Positions 57,701-64,000 of a stretch of DNA of 64,000 nucleotides are shown one piece after another (within the stretch, counting starts at the first letter, position 1; every line of letters begins with the position of its first letter). The notes beneath the pieces were generated by a model. It searched no databases and was not told the DNA's origin. It saw only the letters and a list, made by a program, of their open reading frames with translations. The translations under genes were made by a program, and so were the position numbers. Source of the stretch: an uncultured Lachnobacterium sp. (GTDB lineage Bacteria; Bacillota; Clostridia; Lachnospirales; Lachnospiraceae); assembly GCA_964636375.1 (NCBI GenBank), contig CAZWRT010000002.1:11528-75527 (forward strand). Direction: 5' to 3'.

Positions 57701-57727
57701 AAAAAAACCCCCGCATTCGACGGGGGC
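57701..57727 (-). terminator. Intrinsic terminator after the yvyF-like gene
   Basis: CCCCCG/CGGGGG stem then T7 on the minus strand. Confidence 0.8.
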
Positions 57728-57741
57728 AAAAATTCCATTCC

Positions 57742-58140
57742 TTACAGAAAACGCATTCTGTCACGGTCTCGTGACGATTTCTGCGGTTCGATCGATTTTG
57801 GTTTATCGATCACGCTCATAAGATCGTTCGTCACCGACTTCTTGCACACTTCGCAGAAACGCCCGGTGCGAATCATTTTACCGCATTTCTCACACTCAAT
57901 TCCTTCCATGGAGGTCTCCGAAAAACTCAGCCTCTCTTCACGAATCCACTGCTTGATCTGTTTTACCGACACGTCATTCTCTCTGGAAACCTCATCCATG
58001 GAGGCATTCTTATGTTCCTCGAGATATCGTTTCACATCCTGAAATTTGTCCTCGATTGCCTGAATGCAAGCCTGACACAAGCGCTGGTTTCCCAGCGAAT
58101 TAAACAATCTGCCACAATTCTTACAATTCCTGACATCCAT
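57742..58140 (-). CDS. YvyF-like flagellar-region protein (Zn ribbon-HTH-Zn ribbon)
   Basis: NCKNCGRLF...CQAC, WIREERL, CEKCG...CEVC; follows comF. Confidence 0.82.
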   Translation of the reverse strand: MDVRNCKNCGRLFNSLGNQRLCQACIQAIEDKFQDVKRYLEEHKNASMDEVSRENDVSVKQIKQWIREERLSFSETSMEGIECEKCGKMIRTGRFCEVCKKSVTNDLMSVIDKPKSIEPQKSSRDRDRMRFL

Positions 58141-58151
58141 GATTCAACCTC

Positions 58152-58928
58152 CTAAAATCCACGGCCGATACAAGCCGCAAGAAAATAGACCTTCTCAACC
58201 CCCGCCAGACGCAGCTGACTGGCCACAGCCTCCGCCGTACTGCCGGTCGTGTAGATATCGTCCACCAAAAGGACTCTCTTATATTGTACTATATTTTTTG
58301 TCGTCTGAAAAGCATTTTTCAGAATATTTTTTCTTTCTTTTTCATTTAATTCCTTCAAAGGCTTCGTATCGCGTGTCCGGACGACAGCATTCGGCAGATA
58401 AGCAATCCCCATCCGCCCGGCCAGAGCCTCCGCGAACAGGGCCGCCTGATTGTAACCTCTGCGCCGTTTTTTCCCACGGTACATCGGAACCGGAACAACC
58501 GCCTCCACTCCGCTCGCAAGCATCCAGTCTCCCCACCGCTCACAGGCCGCCTGCCGTAAAAAGCGGGCATACTCCCGGCGGTTGGAATACTTGAAACGGT
58601 ACATGGTTTTTTTGAGCGCGCCGCGGTACTCAAACACACCCCGCCCCTGCTCAATACAGGAAAATACGTTTTGTCCCCGGCCAGGGGAATTTGCACCGGC
58701 AATCCCTCTCCCGCAGTCACGACAGTATTCCTGTCCTTCACGCTCCAACGGTCGCCCGCAGTGCATACAGTAGTGCTCTCCGACAAACGTCAGCTTTTTC
58801 CGGCACTTTGCATGAATGCCCTCCTCAATCTCCTCCGGGGCAAGCAATGCGTCACACACGGCACACCGAGGCGGAAATATCAGCTGCAGCGCTGCCTCGA
58901 GCCACTCTCTCCAACTCGTATCAAGCAT
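58152..58928 (-). CDS. comF: ComF family (ComFC-like) amidophosphoribosyltransferase-fold protein
   Basis: FPPRCAVC, CMHC..CRDC, RRGYNQA, LVDDIYTTGST. Confidence 0.9.
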   Translation of the reverse strand: MLDTSWREWLEAALQLIFPPRCAVCDALLAPEEIEEGIHAKCRKKLTFVGEHYCMHCGRPLEREGQEYCRDCGRGIAGANSPGRGQNVFSCIEQGRGVFEYRGALKKTMYRFKYSNRREYARFLRQAACERWGDWMLASGVEAVVPVPMYRGKKRRRGYNQAALFAEALAGRMGIAYLPNAVVRTRDTKPLKELNEKERKNILKNAFQTTKNIVQYKRVLLVDDIYTTGSTAEAVASQLRLAGVEKVYFLAACIGRGF

Positions 58929-58931
58929 GGA

Positions 58932-60125
58932 CTAGCCTAGGCGGATTCGGTTCACAAGAGCAATCTGCGCAGCTTTTGTCTCAAACTCCGACTCACGCAT
59001 CCCTTCCGTCGTAAAGCCGAGCTCTCCCGGCACTCCTGCATCCACGTACTCCACAGAGCCGAACGCTTTTTCCACCGTCTCCCGGTCCGAGTTCGTGCGC
59101 ACAAAGAAACGGTTATTGCTCTCACGATAATCTTTAAGCGCAAGTTTTTCCGACTTCCAGTTAATATAAATATTGACATTTGTGTGTTTCACCATATCCA
59201 CAATGTCCGAGACCACTGCGCTTGCAGTCGGAAGCTTGCCTGCGCCGCTCCCGTAAAACATGGCATCCCCCAGAACATTCCCATGAACAAAAATCCCGTT
59301 GAACACACCATTGACATTGCACAGCGGATGCTCTGCCGGCAGCATAAACGGCGCCACCATACAGGAATAAGTTTCATCCTGCTTGCGGCTTGTGGCAAGC
59401 AGCTTGACACAGCGGTTCATCACGCTCGCGTACTTGAAATCCACGGCGCTGATTTTTGTGATTCCCTCGCATAAGATATCCTCATAATCCACCTGCTGGC
59501 CGCATACCAGAGAGGTGAGAATTGCGATCTTGCGGCAGCTGTCGTGCCCCTCCACATCCGCTGTGGGATCTTTCTCCGCATAGCCCTTCTCCTGCGCGTC
59601 TTTCAGCACGACATCAAACTCGGCGCCCTCGCTCGCCATCTTGGTCAGCATGTAGTTGGTCGTTCCGTTCAGGATACCTGTGATCTCCTCGATCTCGTCT
59701 GCCGTCAGACACTTGTTTAACGGCCGGATAATCGGAATTCCGCCCCCAACACTCGCCTCAAACTGGAAATTCACGTCGTGCTCCCGCGCAAGCTGAATCA
59801 GCTCTGCCCCTTTGGCTGCCACCAGATTTTTATTGCTGGTCGTCACCTGCTTGCCCGCAAGCAGCATTTCCCTCACATAGGTGTAGGCCGGCTCCACGCC
59901 GCCCATGGTCTCCACAACAATCCCGATCTCCGGATCATTCACAATCACCTGATAATCATGGATAATCTTATCCTCCATCGGATCGTCCGGAAACTCTCTC
60001 AAATCAAGAATATACTTGACCTCCACCGGCTGCCCCGCGCGCTCCGCGATTTTTTTCTGATTGATTTTTAACACTTCGACAACGCCGGAACCGATCGTGC
60101 CGTAGCCCATCACTGCAATTTTCAT
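58932..60125 (-). CDS. hom: Homoserine dehydrogenase
   Basis: GYGTIGSG, FEASVGGGIP, GILNGTTNY, GAGKLPTASAV. Confidence 0.95.
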   Translation of the reverse strand: MKIAVMGYGTIGSGVVEVLKINQKKIAERAGQPVEVKYILDLREFPDDPMEDKIIHDYQVIVNDPEIGIVVETMGGVEPAYTYVREMLLAGKQVTTSNKNLVAAKGAELIQLAREHDVNFQFEASVGGGIPIIRPLNKCLTADEIEEITGILNGTTNYMLTKMASEGAEFDVVLKDAQEKGYAEKDPTADVEGHDSCRKIAILTSLVCGQQVDYEDILCEGITKISAVDFKYASVMNRCVKLLATSRKQDETYSCMVAPFMLPAEHPLCNVNGVFNGIFVHGNVLGDAMFYGSGAGKLPTASAVVSDIVDMVKHTNVNIYINWKSEKLALKDYRESNNRFFVRTNSDRETVEKAFGSVEYVDAGVPGELGFTTEGMRESEFETKAAQIALVNRIRLG

Positions 60126-60148
60126 ATCTTCTCTACTCCTGACTTCTA

Positions 60149-61375
60149 TTAATTCCTCGGCTTGCCGCACTCACTGCAGAATTTTCCGGTATTGACTGTC
60201 CCGCACGAGCAGGTCCACTCTCCCGTTGCCGCAGGCATCGGCTTGCCGCACTCACTACAGAATTTCCCGGTATTGACTGTCCCGCACGAACAGGTCCAGC
60301 CGTTGGCAGATTGCGTAGGCTGCGCAGGCTGAGTGGGCTGAGCACCGAATACGGAGCCCGCCATCGCCTGCGGTGTCTGCTGCTGCATCTGCATCTGTGC
60401 CATATTGTTGGCGGACGCATTTCCCATAAATGCCCCTCCGGCGTTCATGCCCACGCCCATGCCCATAAATCCGGCCATGGAACCGTTGGCATTGGAACCG
60501 GCCGCCTCCAAACCACGTGCCACTGCACCCTGCACATAGCCCTCGCGGACCGTCGGATCAGAAAGCATCGCGCCCTGGTTTCTCATGTTGATGAGCTTCT
60601 GCGACTCCTCATCGTAGGAGAGGCTGGCAATACCCACCGCCTGGATCTCCATACCGCGGGACTGGTTCCACTCTTCATCCAGAATGGAGGACATGTATTT
60701 GCCCAGCTCTCTCGCCTTGCTGGTCACAAAGGAAATCCTCGTCCCCTCCGCAGACATCTGGTTGATAGCGGACTGAAGCGCCTCCAAAAACTCCGAAAGA
60801 TACTGCTCATTGATCTCGCCGATCTGCACGTGATCCTTGTTTCTCGGAATGGCCTCCGCGTAAAACTGCAGCGGATTCACGATCTTGATCGAGTAGGTAC
60901 CATGGGCCCGCAGAAACAGCTCCGCATTGTAGAACATATCAAAATAGTTGATCGGCTGCCGTGTCCCGAACTTGATCCCCTTGATTTCCTGCAGATTGAT
61001 AAAGAACACCTTCTGTGCCTTCGGTGTCTCTCCACCATAACGGATTCGGTTGAAGGATTCCTTCAGGGTCTCCCCGAACTCTCCGTTGAACAGGGACGGC
61101 ATAGAGGAATTATCCACCTTGTAATATCCCGGCTCTGCAGTGTAATCCACCACCTTGCCTCCGTCAACCAGAATCATAAACTGATTGTCGTACACATGAA
61201 TGATGGAACCGTTGGAGACCGTGTTCTCCGTCCCCTTCTTATTCTCGCCCCTGCGCATCAGTACGCCTCTGGTAAAGACGGTCTGATCACTCATGCTGTC
61301 CGCCTCATAGACCTCCAGCCACTGATCCGCAAGGCCACCGCTGATGGCGTTTCCGATTGCTCTGATAATTCCCAT
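60149..61375 (-). CDS. SPFH (Band 7, YdjI-like) domain protein with two C-terminal zinc ribbons
   Basis: EIKGIKFGT, RAHGTYSIKI; G/M/Q-rich linker; two copies of WTCSCGTVNTGKFCSECGKP. Confidence 0.85.
   Translation of the reverse strand: MGIIRAIGNAISGGLADQWLEVYEADSMSDQTVFTRGVLMRRGENKKGTENTVSNGSIIHVYDNQFMILVDGGKVVDYTAEPGYYKVDNSSMPSLFNGEFGETLKESFNRIRYGGETPKAQKVFFINLQEIKGIKFGTRQPINYFDMFYNAELFLRAHGTYSIKIVNPLQFYAEAIPRNKDHVQIGEINEQYLSEFLEALQSAINQMSAEGTRISFVTSKARELGKYMSSILDEEWNQSRGMEIQAVGIASLSYDEESQKLINMRNQGAMLSDPTVREGYVQGAVARGLEAAGSNANGSMAGFMGMGVGMNAGGAFMGNASANNMAQMQMQQQTPQAMAGSVFGAQPTQPAQPTQSANGWTCSCGTVNTGKFCSECGKPMPAATGEWTCSCGTVNTGKFCSECGKPRN
60157..60298. repeat. Intragenic duplication (two 61-bp copies, 81-bp period) encoding the zinc ribbons
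   Basis: 60157-60217 and 60238-60298 differ at three positions. Confidence 0.85.
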
Positions 61376-61460
61376 ATATCATTCCTCCCTCAGTCTACTG
61401 TTTATTGTAACGATAGTCATAAGGAATCCTCCCACTCCGTGGGTCCCTCCTTGTGACAGA

Positions 61461-62237
61461 TTAAACATGATTATAATCAACCTCATAAAAATTGTGAAGC
61501 GACCAAACTTTTATATTTATGAGCTGCACTGCCGACCCGCAATATTCGCACATCGGATTGCCAAGAGTCCGAATCGGTGCGCCGCAGTGCGGGCAGACCG
61601 CTCCAACGGCATTTCCTGCCGCAGCGTCCGCATCCTGTATGTAGATCAGCTCCATGTTGTACCTGGTCTGCTTTTTGCGCTCCCTGGAGCCCTCCGTGAC
61701 CTGTCCGTCCGCGGCCGTCCTGTAGTGATAATACTCCACGGCACTCTGGATCGTGATCACGCACTTTCCATGGTCTTTCCGGTAATTTGCGATCTCCGTC
61801 TGATGAATCCTGATGTTATCGTACACCTCCCGGACACCCATGGCCCGATTGCCGGCGATGCGGTTTTCCACCTGACGGCGCATGTCCTCCGAAGCCCCCT
61901 CCATACGTCCCTCATCCTCTGCGGTGATTGCGAGCAGAGCGAGGGTCAGCATATTTTCCGCGCGATGCTTAAATTCCTGCCACACAAAGTCCGGAAAGTC
62001 CCGAACGATCTGCGGCTCCATCAGCCGGGTCATGCCGGAGACGGATTTGGGTGTAGCCGCCAGCTCATCGGCCTGCCGATTCAGCCCCTCGGTCAGACTG
62101 TTCGTCCCGAACGCAGCCTGAGAAAACTTCTGTATTTTGTTCCGAATCGCCAGCGCACCGATGCCGATAGACACAAGAACCGCAAAAAACACGCCCAGCC
62201 CGATGCCCGCCACAATTTTAACTGCAAGACAAACCAA
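61461..62237 (-). CDS. Membrane-anchored protein with Tim44-like domain and C-terminal zinc ribbon
   Basis: N-terminal TM; DFPDFVWQEFK...; CPHCGAP...CEYCGS; W.L at the C-terminus; TTG start after GGAGG. The Tim44-like call is tentative. Confidence 0.65.
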   Translation of the reverse strand: MVCLAVKIVAGIGLGVFFAVLVSIGIGALAIRNKIQKFSQAAFGTNSLTEGLNRQADELAATPKSVSGMTRLMEPQIVRDFPDFVWQEFKHRAENMLTLALLAITAEDEGRMEGASEDMRRQVENRIAGNRAMGVREVYDNIRIHQTEIANYRKDHGKCVITIQSAVEYYHYRTAADGQVTEGSRERKKQTRYNMELIYIQDADAAAGNAVGAVCPHCGAPIRTLGNPMCEYCGSAVQLINIKVWSLHNFYEVDYNHV

Positions 62238-62240
62238 CGC

Positions 62241-63378
62241 CTATACCTCCTCACTGCCCGAATTCTTCGGGCATCCCAGACTCAGCCACTTGAGGTAGCC
62301 GTTGACAAAGAGATCAATCCCTCCGTCCATGACTGCGTTGACATTGCCGCTCTCCACACCGGTCCGGTGGTCCTTGACCATCGTGTAGGGCTGCATAACA
62401 TAGGAGCGGATCTGGCTGCCCCAGCCGATCTCCGTGACCTCCCCGCGGATTCCTTCCGCCTTGACGGCATTTTCCTCCTGTTTTAAGAGGTATAGCTTTG
62501 CCTTTAACATCTGCATGGCCTTGTCTTTGTTCATGTGCTGTGACCGCTCATTCTGGCACTGCACAACAATCCCCGTCGGAAAATGCGTAATACGGATCGC
62601 GGAGGAGGTTTTATTGATATGCTGTCCGCCCGCACCGCTGGAACGGTACGTGTCAATGCGGATGTCCTCATCCTTCACTTCAATATCCAGATCTTCCTCG
62701 ATATCCGGCATGACATCGCAGGAGACAAAGGATGTCTGGCGTTTTCCCGCCGCGTTGAAGGGCGAAATGCGCACCAGTCGGTGTACACCCCTCTCAGATT
62801 TCAGACAGCCGTATGCATTCTCACCATTCACCTGAAACGTAATTGACTTGATGCCCGCCTCATCCCCGTCCAGAGAATCCAGAACCTCAAGCGCATAGCC
62901 TCTCTTGTCTGCCCACTTGGAGTACATGCGAAAGAGCATGGATGCCCAGTCACAGGACTCCGTGCCCCCTGCCCCGGCGTGCAGTGTGACAATGGCATTC
63001 TCGTCATCATATTCTCCGGACAAAAGCGTCTTCATCCGGATATTCTCATAGTTCGTTTCAAACTCCGTAAACAGCTCCTCAATCTCCGGAATCAGCGACG
63101 CATCGTTCTCCTCATAGCCCATCTCGATCATCGTCTCGATGTCATCATACGCCCGCTCAAGACCGGCACAGGTCTCCACATCATCCTTGAGGCTTTTAAG
63201 CTTTTTCATTTTCTCCTGCGAGACAACCGGGTCATTCCAGAACTCCGGCGCCTCCATCTCCCGCTCAAGCTCCTCGATCTGATGCTTTTTCCCTGCTAAG
63301 TCAAAGTGAATCCCTCACTTCCTGCAGCGGAGATTTGTAGGCTAAAAGCCGACTTTTGAAATTATCTAATTCAACCAC
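62241..63378 (-). CDS. prfB: Peptide chain release factor 2 (programmed +1 frameshift)
   Basis: SPF and GGQ motifs; GTG start at 63378 gives 25 codons to CTT TGA C, continuing +1 as DLAGKKHQIEELEREMEAPEFW. Confidence 0.96.
63300..63316 (-). other. prfB +1 frameshift site
   Basis: Internal SD-like GAGGGA, then TTCA, then CTTTGAC (63306-63300). Confidence 0.92.
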
Positions 63379-63382
63379 AGTA

Positions 63383-63904
63383 TCACCCCTTTTTTCTTTT
63401 TCGTTTATTGTACCAATTTGCAAGCCCAAATACAACCAGCAATCCAAGGAATCCTCCGAATGTATCGATCAGCACGTCCGTCACACGTCCGGCCCGCCCC
63501 GGGACAAAGCGCTGATGCACTTCGTCGGCTGTCGCGACCAAAAGCGTGAATCCCAGCGCACCCGCATAGCGAAACAGCCGGCTCGCCCCCCTGCTGCCCT
63601 CCGGCGTCTCCCGAAGTGTGACAGTAAAAAGAAACAGCAGCGCAAGGATCGCGAACTCCGTCATATGAGCCGCCTTGCGCACCGGAAAATCAATGCGGTG
63701 CGCCCGCTCCTCGATCTGCGCATCGGTCATTTCCAGATGGAACACCCCGTTGACGCTCTCCACAATCCGGTAGCTCACCCGCCCGCTGACTCTGGCAGAC
63801 TCCGTGTCCGGCTGAGCAGAGAATGCATAAATCAGCGCTGTCCACGCGAGCAGAAACAGAAAAGATATCCAGAAAAAGACCTGTCTGACGATTCGTTTCT
63901 TCAA
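63383..63904 (-). CDS. VanZ family membrane protein
   Basis: IYAFSAQP..S...S, VRKAAHMTEF, DEVHQRFVPGR, DVLID. Confidence 0.9.
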   Translation of the reverse strand: MKKRIVRQVFFWISFLFLLAWTALIYAFSAQPDTESARVSGRVSYRIVESVNGVFHLEMTDAQIEERAHRIDFPVRKAAHMTEFAILALLFLFTVTLRETPEGSRGASRLFRYAGALGFTLLVATADEVHQRFVPGRAGRVTDVLIDTFGGFLGLLVVFGLANWYNKRKRKKG

Positions 63905-64000
63905 TCCAGCATCCCCCGCATCACCTCCAGCGCGCGCTGGAACTGATTGTCGTACTGCCTGTCATAGGGTTCATCCTTCGGTCCCCCGTACTTATAGTCT
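63901..64000 (-). CDS. C-terminus of an upstream gene, possibly S41 (CtpA-like) peptidase
   Basis: Reads DYKYGGPKDEPYDRQYDNQFQRALEVMRGMLD*; DxQxxxAL resembles S41 tails; only 32 codons visible. Confidence 0.4.
   Translation of the reverse strand, partial: DYKYGGPKDEPYDRQYDNQFQRALEVMRGMLD

Noticed and set aside
60157-60298. Direct repeat resembling a CRISPR or DGR repeat pair
   Set aside because: Two in-frame copies coding zinc ribbons with only silent differences; no cas or reverse transcriptase gene
63383-63904. Glycopeptide resistance locus
   Set aside because: VanZ-family genes are widespread alone; no vanHAX or vanRS here

Overview
A 64-kb chromosomal segment that looks like a Clostridia (probably Lachnospiraceae-type) genome, judged from gene repertoire, AGGAGG ribosome-binding sites, sigma-A promoters and a T-box; most genes are on the minus strand. 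Left part: 5' end of valS with an unusually short T-box leader, a TetR/RND efflux pair with a perfect palindromic operator, a PilZ protein, a BceRS/BceAB-type module, a DUF1538 + tandem PII pair, a J-domain/DUF5685/Zn-ribbon trio, a LnrJKLMN(YfiJKLMN)-like ABC + two-component module, a PdaB-like deacetylase, mtnN-luxS-arcC-gtrA and htrA. The centre (about 26.6-57.6 kb) is a cell-envelope region: glmS, a eukaryote-type UDP-HexNAc pyrophosphorylase, an LCP protein and pgm, then the most notable feature. This is a PAPS-supply module (cysD, cysNC, a PHP-family putative PAP phosphatase and a divergent SsuABC-like importer, with no APS/PAPS reductase in the window). It sits beside a teichoic-acid-like polymer operon: initiating transferase, GT2, Wzm/Wzt, LicD, two TagF-like enzymes, a CDP-alditol synthesis pair, a beta-helix protein and a sulfotransferase with a C-terminal coiled coil. 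I infer a candidate sulfated alditol-phosphate wall polymer system, apparently transcribed with cdaA-cdaR-glmM-ptsH. Right part: yvyF-like, comF, hom, SPFH and Zn-ribbon genes, prfB with its +1 frameshift, and a VanZ-family gene. I saw no rRNA, tRNA, CRISPR array, transposase or prophage gene; one 136-bp element bounded by inverted repeats is present. All family calls come from recognising motifs by eye, not from database searches.
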